Shown: positions 1 through 8,981, numbered from the stretch's first letter. The stretch: 23,059 bases of DNA from an uncultured virus (IMG/VR IMGVR_UViG_3300038318_000112) (IMGVR_UViG_3300038318_000112:62001-85059), one strand, 5' to 3'. Notes: a model not told the origin generated them from the sequence alone. Made by a program: numbers and translations.

Positions 1-75
1 TTTGGACACGACATTGATGTATGTGCCAGGTATGATCTTATCCATAGCCTGGAATGTTCCACCGCCTAATGCCAT
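1..75 (-). CDS. Tail sheath protein, N-terminal fragment (runs off window)
   Basis: Not in the ORF track. Reads MALGGGTFQAMDKIIPGTYINVVSK, the typical MALGGG...PGxYIN start of Firmicutes phage sheath proteins. AGGAGG RBS upstream. Confidence 0.85.
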   Translation of the reverse strand, partial: MALGGGTFQAMDKIIPGTYINVVSK

Positions 76-76
76 A

Positions 77-268
77 TTAATTTACCTCCTTGTTTCTATA
101 ATCTTCTATCGCTTTGTCTGTCTCGGCGATGGTGTATGTTTTGCCATCGCTAAGCAGTGCGCTCAGCAGGTCTTTATCTCCCGCATATTTACGCGATTTG
201 ATAAGCGATTCTTTTGCGAATTTGTTCTCTGCGGTTTTTTCTGCCGCAGGTTTCTTATCTTTTGCCAT
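77..268 (-). CDS. Small conserved phage protein between tail terminator and sheath
   Basis: 63 aa, in operon. The ...LLSALLSDGKTYT... type of protein is usual at this position. Confidence 0.75.
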   Translation of the reverse strand: MAKDKKPAAEKTAENKFAKESLIKSRKYAGDKDLLSALLSDGKTYTIAETDKAIEDYRNKEVN

Positions 269-271
269 ATT

Positions 272-706
272 TTATCCTTTCACCGTCACCGCGACGTTGC
301 TCATGTCTGTGTCTGCCACAGGAATGTAAGTGCGTGCAATATACCTCACTTTGTAAGTGAGAACGTTATCTACTATGTCAGATTCTGCTTTGATCCGTCT
401 AGCCATGACCGCAGTACTGAGATTTCCTCCAGCTGGTATGGTTATGGTTTCGAGCGCATCTTCAAGCGTGTCTATGACATCATAGATCTCTGTCTTCTTC
501 TCAGGTCCTTGCGGGAAATACTGGATCGCGAATACAGCGTCATATGTACGTGAAGCACACATTTCTCCTTTGATGCTAGGAGATATCATCGTGATCAGAA
601 AAGTCTTAGGCTTTATGCCCTGAGTCACCGTCTCTGCGAATATCTTGCTGTCCGGATACCATGTATGTATAGCTGCTGCTATTCCTTTTTTGATTCCATT
701 AAACAT
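272..706 (-). CDS. Putative tail terminator/completion protein
   Basis: 144 aa, follows the gp10-like gene; IFAETVTQG..P.F..IQYFP pattern. Confidence 0.7.
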   Translation of the reverse strand: MFNGIKKGIAAAIHTWYPDSKIFAETVTQGIKPKTFLITMISPSIKGEMCASRTYDAVFAIQYFPQGPEKKTEIYDVIDTLEDALETITIPAGGNLSTAVMARRIKAESDIVDNVLTYKVRYIARTYIPVADTDMSNVAVTVKG

Positions 707-1139
707 TTATTATCTCCTTGACCTGCTCTTCTATGCATTTTCTGACCGCGGGTCCGGCGATCCTCTGCATTTCTGCTTCGGACTTCGCTGTAAAAAACTG
801 GCCCTCCACCCACGGAGCAACAAGCCGCTTGCCTAGAGCCGGAACATAACGTCCAACGTCCTGCATATGACCGTTCTCCACATACTCTGCGTATGCTGTA
901 GGATTTATGAGTGCCAGCATATATACCGATCCGGACTTGGACCGTTCGCTGTTTTCCATCTTCCAATTGTTTTTTAAAAGTCCTGTTTTGCCTACCGGAG
1001 TGCGTGACTTCACCTTCTGAACAAATCTGTTTCCAAGTTCATCCAGCGCAGTATTCATAACGCCTTCGAGCTCGATGCTCGACAGCTTGTCGATGAATGC
1101 CTTAAGTTCCGTATCATTGATAGTAATATCCTTAGACAT
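699..1139 (-). CDS. HK97 gp10-like neck/tail component
   Basis: RTPVGKTGLLKNNW and YAEYVENGH motifs. Confidence 0.85.
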   Translation of the reverse strand: MSKDITINDTELKAFIDKLSSIELEGVMNTALDELGNRFVQKVKSRTPVGKTGLLKNNWKMENSERSKSGSVYMLALINPTAYAEYVENGHMQDVGRYVPALGKRLVAPWVEGQFFTAKSEAEMQRIAGPAVRKCIEEQVKEIINV

Positions 1140-1513
1140 TATGCGTACTCCTCATACAGCCTCAGTGGTATCTCCTGGTGGGAAACATACACGGCAGGCT
1201 GCCCTGACAGCTGATACTTTACTGTTGTGCCGTTCTGCGTCACGACTATCTTGCTACCTGTCTTGATCACCAGCGCCGGATCGCAGTAAAGAGAAATCTC
1301 CTGCACTACGGATCCGCTTTCTGACTGATCATCTGCATTGACCGTCTTATAAGACACTCTGCATGGAGTATCCGTATATTTCGGGTCATCTGACAGCGTA
1401 GGAAGGCCTGTGGTCGCGTCTGCTGAACTTTCTAAGACTTCATAGACTGTCATAGTTCCTGCGTACATAGAAGCCTGTGCGGTCTTTAGAACGCTTGCAT
1501 CCATAGTTACCAC
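1139..1513 (-). CDS. Head-tail adaptor/head closure protein
   Basis: 124 aa; PCRVSY, IKTGSKIVVT and SHQEIPL motifs; synteny. Confidence 0.7.
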   Translation of the reverse strand: MVTMDASVLKTAQASMYAGTMTVYEVLESSADATTGLPTLSDDPKYTDTPCRVSYKTVNADDQSESGSVVQEISLYCDPALVIKTGSKIVVTQNGTTVKYQLSGQPAVYVSHQEIPLRLYEEYA

Positions 1514-1884
1514 CTCAGTTTCCTGTACGCTATCTCGAGGTCGTTCAGTCCGTCTATCATCTGCATGAGTATCTTGGAGAACTTAGTCTCTGCGCTGTCA
1601 TCGTCTGCAAACGTGAATGAGCTGTCTCCCTCAGTTATCGCTTTTACTGTAGCGTCGAAAGTATATCCTGTCAGTTTCCCGATTCCGAGAAGCTGCTGCA
1701 GATATTCCCCGCATACGCGATCCACCATCGCGCTATCGAGGTCGCTCGGCGCAGCAGATACATTGCAATTGATTTTAACTTCCGCAGTTACCTTATCCAT
1801 AAGGAACTGTAGCGCAGTGTCTTCTGAACTCTGCGCTACATATCCTAACTGGCTAAGTCTTTCCTTTACTGCTTGAAGCGTCAT
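1507..1884 (-). CDS. Head-tail connector (gp6/gp15-like)
   Basis: 125 aa; VKAITEGDSSFTF and C-terminal YRKLRW typical of this family. Confidence 0.8.
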   Translation of the reverse strand: MTLQAVKERLSQLGYVAQSSEDTALQFLMDKVTAEVKINCNVSAAPSDLDSAMVDRVCGEYLQQLLGIGKLTGYTFDATVKAITEGDSSFTFADDDSAETKFSKILMQMIDGLNDLEIAYRKLRW

Positions 1885-2024
1885 TTCTTGCCTTTTCCGG
1901 TGGACTTTTTAGGTGCTTCTTTTGGCTCAGGTGCTTCATCGGCAGGAGCTTCTGTAGGAACCTCCGCTTCATCAGCGACCTTTTCAGTAGCTTCTTCCGC
2001 TTCATGATATCTTCTCAGTAACAT
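1881..2024 (-). CDS. Small 47-aa protein after the major capsid gene
   Basis: Not in the ORF track. MLLRRYHEAEEATEKVADEAEVPTEAPADEAPEPKEAPKKSTGKGKK; fills the gap, AGGTG RBS, ATGA overlap with the next gene. Confidence 0.7.
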   Translation of the reverse strand: MLLRRYHEAEEATEKVADEAEVPTEAPADEAPEPKEAPKKSTGKGKK

Positions 2025-2033
2025 TTACATCAC

Positions 2034-3026
2034 CTACGCTTTGTATTTTCCTAGAACAACTTTGCTCTCGTTTGACAAAACAGCCACGAAGTGTTCGTCT
2101 CCTGAGATTACAGTAGTCTTCTTCAGGATGTCTCTGTCAGTCTCGATTGATGCCTGTCTCTTCATGTAGATAGTTAGTGCTGCTGTGTCGTCCACGTCGT
2201 CTGTGTTGGATGTCATAATAATTGGGCAAGCGTAGTAGTTCGCTGATAACCCCTTGACTTTATCTCCTACAGCAAGAGCGCCTACATAGTTAGCCATGAT
2301 AGTAGATAGATGTTTGTCTGTAGTAGTTTCTGTTGTAGTATCCGCTACGATAGTGATTGTTCCGTCAGTGTTGTCCTTCTCATATTTTACAAGCTTTACC
2401 TTTCTTGAAGGAACTACCTGCGCTCCGCCGATTTCTCCGATTACACCGTTCATAACTACCTTAAGTGGGTACTTGTTGATGTCTTTGAAGTCGGAATCCT
2501 TTCTTAAGGTTGTTACCTGTTTCGGATGAACGAAGATTACTTTTGCAGCAGGGGTGTCGCCTTCCTCTTCGAACATGTCAATCGTGTTTACAATTGCATC
2601 ATATCCGATTACAGCGGATGTTCCGTCATAAGTCAGAGTTGCATTTGAAATTGCATCGTAACAATCGTTATCAACTTTTGCTGCGATGGACTTAGCCAGC
2701 TGATTGCCAGATTCGCCTACAGGGTCTCCGTATCCTGATAGTACAGCCTCGTCTGTGATCTCTACCGCTTTGCCAGCCTTCTTGACTGTAGCAGTAGTTG
2801 TTGATGCTGTAAGTACTGTAGTACCCATAGCAACGCCCTCAGCAACGTCTTCCGCGTCTCCGATGTAAGCGTACTTTGGTACTGTGATCGTGTTCCCGGG
2901 CCCTGCAGCAAGTGTCAGATCGATCTTTGCGAACGGTGTGAACCTGATCTTCTTAGCGAGCTTCGCTGAGATTACCGGTGCCATGACCTGAGGGTTGATT
3001 AAATTCGTAAGCATTGTAGTAGCCAT
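2034..3026 (-). CDS. Major capsid protein (N4-gp56 family, HK97 fold)
   Basis: LINPQVMA, GNTITVPKYAYIGDAEDVAEG, KKAGKAVEITDEAVLSGYGDPVGE and ETDRDIL motifs. Confidence 0.93.
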   Translation of the reverse strand: MATTMLTNLINPQVMAPVISAKLAKKIRFTPFAKIDLTLAAGPGNTITVPKYAYIGDAEDVAEGVAMGTTVLTASTTTATVKKAGKAVEITDEAVLSGYGDPVGESGNQLAKSIAAKVDNDCYDAISNATLTYDGTSAVIGYDAIVNTIDMFEEEGDTPAAKVIFVHPKQVTTLRKDSDFKDINKYPLKVVMNGVIGEIGGAQVVPSRKVKLVKYEKDNTDGTITIVADTTTETTTDKHLSTIMANYVGALAVGDKVKGLSANYYACPIIMTSNTDDVDDTAALTIYMKRQASIETDRDILKKTTVISGDEHFVAVLSNESKVVLGKYKA

Positions 3027-3039
3027 TTTTTACCTCTTT

Positions 3040-3681
3040 CTACTCGCCGTCTTTCACGAGCGAGTCATATAATTCTTTATCTGTGTTGAAAAGTTCGAGC
3101 CTGTCCTTGTAGCCCATCTTTGCGAACTGCTCTGCTGTTACGCCGGAATCGTCACCGTCTTTAGGCTCTCCGGTCTTCGCGCCTTTGATAGACGGCTTAC
3201 CGTTGTCGAACATGAATTTCGAATCATCAGCGCTCTGCAGCGCTTTGATCTGATCATTTAGCCCTACTATGGTTCCGTCTTCTGCGAACTTTACGTCTTT
3301 AAGATCGAGCAGCGATTTTACCGCCGTAGTATTCTTTGCTTTGCTCGCACTTAACGCTTTCTCGATAGCAGAGTCTACTTTGATCTTTCTCATCTCGTCA
3401 TCATGTGCCTTCTGGCTGTCCTTGTTTGCCTTCTCCAGCTCTTCTATCTGCTTTTTAAGTTCGTCTGTTGCTCCAGCGTCCTTTTTCAGCGTAGTAAGCT
3501 GTTTGTCCCTCTCGCTTATCTGGCCTTTATAGCCTTTGATCTCTTCTTCGAGTCCGGATATCTTAGTCTCCAGTCCCTTCGATTCTGATTTAGCGGTTTC
3601 AATGTCGTTACCGTTCTGCTCCATGATCTTGTCGATGGCTTCTTTTTCGAGCCCGAGATCTTCCAACATTTTTCTCTTCAT
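3040..3681 (-). CDS. Capsid scaffolding protein (phage GP20 family)
   Basis: MKRKMLEDLGL start (GAAAGGA RBS favours 3681 over 3699), coiled coil, AKNTTAVKSLLD, FAKMGYKDR. Confidence 0.88.
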   Translation of the reverse strand: MKRKMLEDLGLEKEAIDKIMEQNGNDIETAKSESKGLETKISGLEEEIKGYKGQISERDKQLTTLKKDAGATDELKKQIEELEKANKDSQKAHDDEMRKIKVDSAIEKALSASKAKNTTAVKSLLDLKDVKFAEDGTIVGLNDQIKALQSADDSKFMFDNGKPSIKGAKTGEPKDGDDSGVTAEQFAKMGYKDRLELFNTDKELYDSLVKDGE

Positions 3682-3695
3682 TTTTCCGTTTCCTT

Positions 3696-3768
3696 TCATA
3701 CGCTTTTTACGAGTTTTGCTTCTCTTTCCAGTTGTGGCCCTGTCTTTTTACGTCTTCCAGGTCAGGAC
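3696..3768 (-). ncRNA. Candidate cis-regulatory leader of the scaffold gene (GP20-motif-like)
   Basis: Two CGTAAAAAG units, each preceded by a short stem (GTC..GAC, GAG..CTC), directly before the RBS. Confidence 0.45.
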
Positions 3769-3794
3769 AAAATATAAACGCCCTTGTGAGCGTT
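3769..3794 (-). terminator. Weak terminator-like hairpin after the minor capsid gene
   Basis: AACGCTC-ACAA-GGGCGTT followed by TATATTTT on the minus strand. Confidence 0.45.
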
Positions 3795-4833
3795 ATTTAA
3801 CGTGTTTCTTTTTCCAGTCCTTGTATGTAGTGTCTGCTGGTACGGTGAATGTCTTACCGCCTTCGTCTTTGACGGCTCTCATATTGTCTACGGTGAACTC
3901 ATCATTGAAGTACGGTGCCGTAGTGCATCTGCATGACGGATGGAGCGGCGGAGCTGTAACTCCTTCCTCGTACTCACTGAGATCGAATATCTGTCCATCC
4001 ATATCTCCACAGATACCGCACGTAGCGTCATCTACAGCTGACATATACTGATACTGCTTTACTCCGGTATCTGCATATGACTGCTCAGTACCAGCAGAAT
4101 TGAAGTGAGACGCTTCTGTCTGCACAAGCCGTCTTGCGTTATAGTCAGACACGCCCATCTTCTTTTGGATCACCTTTGTCATGTCATCGACTGATTTGCC
4201 TGTGACGCATGACTGAGTTATCTCTGTATGAAGTTCATTTACTAGCTTCGTCCGGTTCTTCCATATCCGGCTTGAAAACGCCTCTCCGTCCGGTGCCCAC
4301 GGCTTCTTTATAACGTCTGTGAGTTTCTTCTCATCTAGTGTGTTTACCTGCCATCCGACTCCAAGCCCCTTCTGCAGAGTGAACATCTCGTTATAGTAGC
4401 TGTCGGCGTATATGCCTTTTACCATAGTGTTCATAGCGCCAAGCTGACTTCCATAAAGCACTTCGCACGCCTGCTGAGTGCGAATCTTTAACGCCTCAAG
4501 TCTTTCTATGTGATGCACTGCGGATGCGCTCTTGAGTTTCTTTATCCATGCAGGATCCATATCAGTGTTCAGCTTCTCGCCTGCAGCGATATAGTCTTTC
4601 AGGTCCATCTTGAACGCTTTTAATTCTGACGAGCTGAGCACCTTGCGCGCTTCTGCCATTGTCATGCTGTTATTCGCAGCAAACTTTTGGAACCAGTTGT
4701 TTATCTCTTTCTCGATCTCAGCCATAGCCTTGACATACTGATCGTCGACATATCCGGCTGTTTTAGAAGCGCTCTGATGTGAGGCCTCTTCGATATCCTT
4801 TGCTCTTGTCTTCCAGTAGTCTCTGCTTTTCAT
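3793..4833 (-). CDS. Minor head morphogenesis protein (SPP1 gp7/Mu F family)
   Basis: DYW..R start, FSSRIW, ARRLVQTE, CGIC...PPLHPSCRCTTAPY, YKDWKK. Confidence 0.92.
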   Translation of the reverse strand: MKSRDYWKTRAKDIEEASHQSASKTAGYVDDQYVKAMAEIEKEINNWFQKFAANNSMTMAEARKVLSSSELKAFKMDLKDYIAAGEKLNTDMDPAWIKKLKSASAVHHIERLEALKIRTQQACEVLYGSQLGAMNTMVKGIYADSYYNEMFTLQKGLGVGWQVNTLDEKKLTDVIKKPWAPDGEAFSSRIWKNRTKLVNELHTEITQSCVTGKSVDDMTKVIQKKMGVSDYNARRLVQTEASHFNSAGTEQSYADTGVKQYQYMSAVDDATCGICGDMDGQIFDLSEYEEGVTAPPLHPSCRCTTAPYFNDEFTVDNMRAVKDEGGKTFTVPADTTYKDWKKKHVK

Positions 4834-6245
4834 TATTCATCACCGTTATTAAATCCCATAGTATCGATGCTTTCAGCCTTCTCCTGCTTGATAGCTTCAA
4901 GTTCCGCGTCTACATCGGATACGAACGGATGATTAGCAAGGATCGTGCGTGTTGACAGCAGTCCTTCACTGTTTCGGCAATTGTCAATCGCTTCACCAGT
5001 ATTCAGCAGCATATCGCGGTTGAATCTCACAGTAGCCTGTGATTTAGAGAAGTCTCCCATTCCTGTATTCTGCAGGTGGCAGTCTATGAACCACATTAGA
5101 TTTTGCATACTGGATCTGAACTCTGTGTCCATGTCGTTAGCGTCAAGATCGATATCGTTGTAGATCGACTGGATGTTCATCTGATTTGCGTTTCCGCCCA
5201 GCCTGTCATCTTTTGCGTCATATCCCATAGCGTTCTCAATGATCGCCTTTTTGAATATCGAGATGATCGCTTTATAATTCTCCGCGTTGACCTCGACCTG
5301 GAGAGTCTTCACATCTCCGGACACGCCGTCAGTAGAACGTACCTTGACAGCTCCGTAAGCAGCCAGGTTGTGCCTGAACTCGCCGAGATCCTCACCGTCA
5401 TAGTTAACAAGTACCATGATAGTGTTCCTCGCGTCTTCTTCCATGTTGTCTTGGAATTCTGACTCTATCTTGTTAAGCCCGTCCTGCAGGCTCTTGACCA
5501 TTTGGATCAGTGGTGTTTCATCTGCATTGTATTTGAACGCTACAAGAGGTATCCTCTCCCAGTTGAACGCCTGAGCGTCTACCATGAAGTAGTTCTCATG
5601 CCACGGTTCTACCGGAATGAGGGATCCGCTTCTGTATTCGAAGTATGTGATCCCTTCATCGTCGTAAACCTCGACTTTTTTAATGATCTCTTTCATAGTC
5701 CCTTCGTAGCTCACTACGTCGTATATCCGGACGGCGCAGTCGAGTACTGTGTGCTCGTTGTCACGCCAGAACGGGAGAACTTCGTGCGGAGCAAATCTCT
5801 TAAATTTGAGATTTCCCTGTTCGTCATAATTAACGAACAGCCACGCAAGCCCGCAGTTCAGCGCATCTTTCCCGAGGTTCTTCATGAGGACCATGAAGTT
5901 ATCGTTGAATATAAGATTAAGCTGCTGCGTGTAGTTATCATCATCGCTCTGTATGGTGAATGGCTTGCCAAACAGGTAGTTCTTTTTCTGATTGACCATC
6001 TTCTTGTACTGGTTATCGACGATCTTATTATTCGGGACGTTCTGTATAGTCTCGACAGTTCCGTCTGCCCCTATAGTGGTCCTGACCTTATTCATGATAT
6101 CGTGGTCGCCCTTGTAGTATCTCTCTCCGGCAGTCATCATGCTTCTTGATTTGGAAGTGATGAAGTTAGCCAGTTCTAGAGATATAAACCCTTTGTCCGT
6201 AAGCCTGTTCGCCGCTCCCTGTTCCATTGTTGTAAAATCAAACAT
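4833..6245 (-). CDS. Portal protein (SPP1 gp6-like)
   Basis: 470 aa; YYKGDHDI, NNKIVDN, YLFGKP and IPLVAFKYN motifs; follows terminase. Confidence 0.93.
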   Translation of the reverse strand: MFDFTTMEQGAANRLTDKGFISLELANFITSKSRSMMTAGERYYKGDHDIMNKVRTTIGADGTVETIQNVPNNKIVDNQYKKMVNQKKNYLFGKPFTIQSDDDNYTQQLNLIFNDNFMVLMKNLGKDALNCGLAWLFVNYDEQGNLKFKRFAPHEVLPFWRDNEHTVLDCAVRIYDVVSYEGTMKEIIKKVEVYDDEGITYFEYRSGSLIPVEPWHENYFMVDAQAFNWERIPLVAFKYNADETPLIQMVKSLQDGLNKIESEFQDNMEEDARNTIMVLVNYDGEDLGEFRHNLAAYGAVKVRSTDGVSGDVKTLQVEVNAENYKAIISIFKKAIIENAMGYDAKDDRLGGNANQMNIQSIYNDIDLDANDMDTEFRSSMQNLMWFIDCHLQNTGMGDFSKSQATVRFNRDMLLNTGEAIDNCRNSEGLLSTRTILANHPFVSDVDAELEAIKQEKAESIDTMGFNNGDE

Positions 6246-6256
6246 TTCTACCTCGC

Positions 6257-7513
6257 TTAAAAACTAAATGTTTTTCCTCTGCCTATATCTTCGACTGCAT
6301 ATCTCATGGAGTCCATAAGGTGGTTGTAGTCATCTACAGGCTTTCCTGTGAACGATCCTGATTTATCCTTGTCCCAGCAGTAATTGCTGATCTCTGTCAG
6401 GAAGTTCACACATTTCGGATGAACTATGATTCTGTAGTCCTGAAGAAAATCTATACCGGATCGTATACTGTCCGGTCCTTTCCTCGCTGGCTTTATTCCT
6501 TTGAGCCCCAGGTCATACAGCCTGTCTATGCTCTTCTTCTCTGCCGAATCTGCCGTAATACGTTCTTTGCCGTATCCAGCGTCTATCACTGCCTGTGCTA
6601 TCTGCTCGTTGCTCATATGGCTCTTATATATCTCGTCGAACACATATAAGGTCTTGTTAGATACATCTACAAGCCCGCAGAACAGTGCAGACGGATCTAT
6701 CACATATCCGAAGTCGAGCCCAAATACTGACCGGATCCCCGGCAACTGTGATATCTCGTCTACTGAGAACGCCTTTTCTACCCAGTTCTCATATACAAGC
6801 CCGTCAACGATCCCCCAGTCTCCTAGTCCCGCGACTTTGTACCGCCTCGGGTTTCTGGTCCGCATTGACTCGAACATTCCTCTGTCAGCATCATCGAGCC
6901 ATTCGTTACACTTGTAATTGGTGGTCAGTGCCAGTATCTTGTCATCTTTAACGTCAAAAAAACGGCGCTTTAGCCAGTGCCGTTCATTCCACGGATTGAA
7001 TGTAATCGTTATTTGTTTATACAAATCAGGTGTAACCGCTCCTCTTATGATCTCGTCTATGAGATCAAAATCGGCCTCGTTCATGATCTCATAACCCTCT
7101 TCTACCCACACCCAGCACAGTGAGCCATGCTCTACCGTGATGGATGATAGTTTCAGCGGATCGTCTAGTCCTCTAAAAAATATCTTCTGCCCTGTCGGCA
7201 TATAAGTAGCTTCGAGCGGGCTTACTGAGAACTTCCAAAGATGCGCAACGTGTAATCTGTTCGCTGCCCATTTAAGCTGCGCGAAGCAGCTGTCCTGGAG
7301 TGTTCTGAACACCTTACGTATAACTACTGCATTGGCGTTCGGATGCGCCATAATGTTGTAGATGTACCAAAGCGACGTTGTAGTGCTCTTCTTACTCGCT
7401 CGGGATCCCTTTACTACTCTGTACCTTCCTTTGAAGTTCCAGAATGTCTTATATCCTTTGCCTATGATATCCGGAAGATAAACCTTTACGGCATTGTCAG
7501 TCTTCAAGGTCAT
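6257..7513 (-). CDS. terL: Terminase large subunit (PBSX/SPP1 family)
   Basis: KGSRASKKS Walker-A variant, WVEE Walker B, TFNP, GLDFGY, DSAE and NHLMDSMRY nuclease motifs. Confidence 0.95.
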   Translation of the reverse strand: MTLKTDNAVKVYLPDIIGKGYKTFWNFKGRYRVVKGSRASKKSTTTSLWYIYNIMAHPNANAVVIRKVFRTLQDSCFAQLKWAANRLHVAHLWKFSVSPLEATYMPTGQKIFFRGLDDPLKLSSITVEHGSLCWVWVEEGYEIMNEADFDLIDEIIRGAVTPDLYKQITITFNPWNERHWLKRRFFDVKDDKILALTTNYKCNEWLDDADRGMFESMRTRNPRRYKVAGLGDWGIVDGLVYENWVEKAFSVDEISQLPGIRSVFGLDFGYVIDPSALFCGLVDVSNKTLYVFDEIYKSHMSNEQIAQAVIDAGYGKERITADSAEKKSIDRLYDLGLKGIKPARKGPDSIRSGIDFLQDYRIIVHPKCVNFLTEISNYCWDKDKSGSFTGKPVDDYNHLMDSMRYAVEDIGRGKTFSF

Positions 7514-7934
7514 CAGCTCCCGCTATGATCACCGGAAGTGCCCCTTCTACGTCGATATTCTGCTTATCACGCCACTCAGCAGGCTTTCTGTTCTTGAGCC
7601 AGAATATCTGAGCGGTAGTGTCCGGTGCTACTTCTTTTGTTACCGTCTTAGTAAGCATCATACTCCCATTTGTCAGCTCGAACGTCTTTTCTGTGTACTT
7701 GTATCCTATAGCACGCTTGAGCAGAGCGTTTTCAACTTCCCTGTCCACAACGTCTTTTCCCTTTTTTAAGGCCTCGGTTATATCGGGATATTTGTTTTTC
7801 CAGTCATACAGCGTTGCTGTTGCTATCCCCATGTTTTTTGCTATTTGCTCATCCACTAGGCCGTCTCTCGCCCAGCCCTGTATTTTGATCAGGCCGTCTT
7901 TAGTCAGCCAGCGTTGATATTTACCTTTTGCCAT
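7497..7934 (-). CDS. terS: Terminase small subunit
   Basis: HTH (EQIAKNMGIATATLYDWK), VENALLKRAIGY, PDTTAQIFWLKNR. Start placed at MAKGKY after the GAAAGGAG RBS. Confidence 0.88.
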   Translation of the reverse strand: MAKGKYQRWLTKDGLIKIQGWARDGLVDEQIAKNMGIATATLYDWKNKYPDITEALKKGKDVVDREVENALLKRAIGYKYTEKTFELTNGSMMLTKTVTKEVAPDTTAQIFWLKNRKPAEWRDKQNIDVEGALPVIIAGADDLED

Positions 7935-8057
7935 AGGGCCTGCTCCTTTCCATGCAGTGCCGCCCCGATTGATCCGCTTTGTAAACGTATCTTGCTTGCC
8001 CAGATTTCGGAGCGGCACAGTTATAACAATATCCACGGAGGATTGTTATCGTATTAC

Positions 8058-8081
8058 AAAAGCCGCCCAATGTGGACGGCT
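8058..8081 (-). terminator. Intrinsic terminator in the late leader
   Basis: AGCCGTCCA-CAT-TGGGCGGCT-TTT on the minus strand. Confidence 0.7.
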
Positions 8082-8154
8082 CTTACCGTATTGCTATATA
8101 TGTGTTTGAGGATGATTCATGAAAAGAAGGCGTGTTCTCCCTCTATTCTCACTA

Positions 8155-8190
8155 TAAATAATATCACGGATTTTTTTCCTGGTGTTGCAA
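8155..8190 (-). promoter_or_regulatory. Putative activator-dependent late promoter
   Basis: Extended -10 TGATATTAT, with TTGCAA too far upstream (21 nt) for a standard promoter; lies immediately after the late activator gene. Confidence 0.45.
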
Positions 8191-8220
8191 CATGAAAAAA
8201 ACTGAATTTATTTTTATCCC

Positions 8221-8610
8221 TCAAATCAACTCCATTTCGGTCGCAATAGCGTTGATATACTGCGATTTGTAGCGTGAATACGTGGTGCGATCTGCATTTT
8301 TAGGATATGGAGTGCGATACTGTATATTTTTCCATACGCCCCTCCTGTACTCTTCCGGTATTATCTCGAGATTCGATTCAATCACTTCAATCTTCCATTT
8401 CAGTTTCTCCCGCTTTATCGCTTTGCTTTCGACTTCATTTCCCACGCTTGTTCCGCGTGGCAATCCGTCGGGTGGATCAGGCGATTCCTCGAGTATAGAT
8501 TCCGATTCTGCCCTGAGTCTGTAGTAGTCCCTTATCTCCCATATCGCCTTGTTATAGACTGCGGTCGGGAGAAAATATTTATTATTTTTCGTTCTCTGAT
8601 AATCGCCCAT
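8221..8610 (-). CDS. Late transcriptional activator (ArpU/RinA-like)
   Basis: 129 aa, last gene before terS; DGLPRG linker and C-terminal RTTYSRYK HTH-like segment. Confidence 0.7.
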   Translation of the reverse strand: MGDYQRTKNNKYFLPTAVYNKAIWEIRDYYRLRAESESILEESPDPPDGLPRGTSVGNEVESKAIKREKLKWKIEVIESNLEIIPEEYRRGVWKNIQYRTPYPKNADRTTYSRYKSQYINAIATEMELI

Positions 8611-8621
8611 GTTTTACCTCT

Positions 8622-8981
8622 CTAGTAATAATCTCTGTGTACCGGCTTGTTCGGAAGCGGTTCGGTGTGTCCCTGATAGTATCTCGCTATTCCAACGGTT
8701 CCGGCATAGTTCTCTTCGAGTACGGCTCCTCTCGACTCGCTCCAACCGCTTAACATATAGATCCCGTCGCACTCGGATAACAGTTCCAGTCCGTTGTCGA
8801 TGTACTGCTTGTAACACCATTCGCCAACAAACGGCATCTCGCTCGCGATCTTGACCGGGTCGATTGCTCTGTGTCCGAGATTCTCCAGGTATATCTTCGC
8901 AGCTGCAAAGCGATCCCTGTAGTCGATCGTGCCAGTTATCGGCCCGGCTATATAAATCCTCATCATTCCCGCTTTACTCAT
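8622..8981 (-). CDS. DUF4406 / nucleoside 2-deoxyribosyltransferase-like protein
   Basis: IYIAGPITG...F...CDGIYMLSGWSESRGAVLE motif. Confidence 0.85.
   Translation of the reverse strand: MSKAGMMRIYIAGPITGTIDYRDRFAAAKIYLENLGHRAIDPVKIASEMPFVGEWCYKQYIDNGLELLSECDGIYMLSGWSESRGAVLEENYAGTVGIARYYQGHTEPLPNKPVHRDYY

Noticed and set aside
2020..2060. Programmed frameshift or readthrough extending the capsid protein
   Set aside because: No slippery heptamer at the end, an in-frame TAA follows two codons after the TAG, and the next ORF has its own start.
2..6951. Plus-strand ORFs over the structural genes (e.g. 2..553, 3536..4051, 5502..6149)
   Set aside because: Antisense shadows of clear structural genes, without RBS or motifs.
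7935..8220. tRNA or self-cleaving ribozyme in the late leader or other intergenic gaps
   Set aside because: No T-loop/cloverleaf or hammerhead core found by eye; a cmscan run would be needed to exclude other classes.
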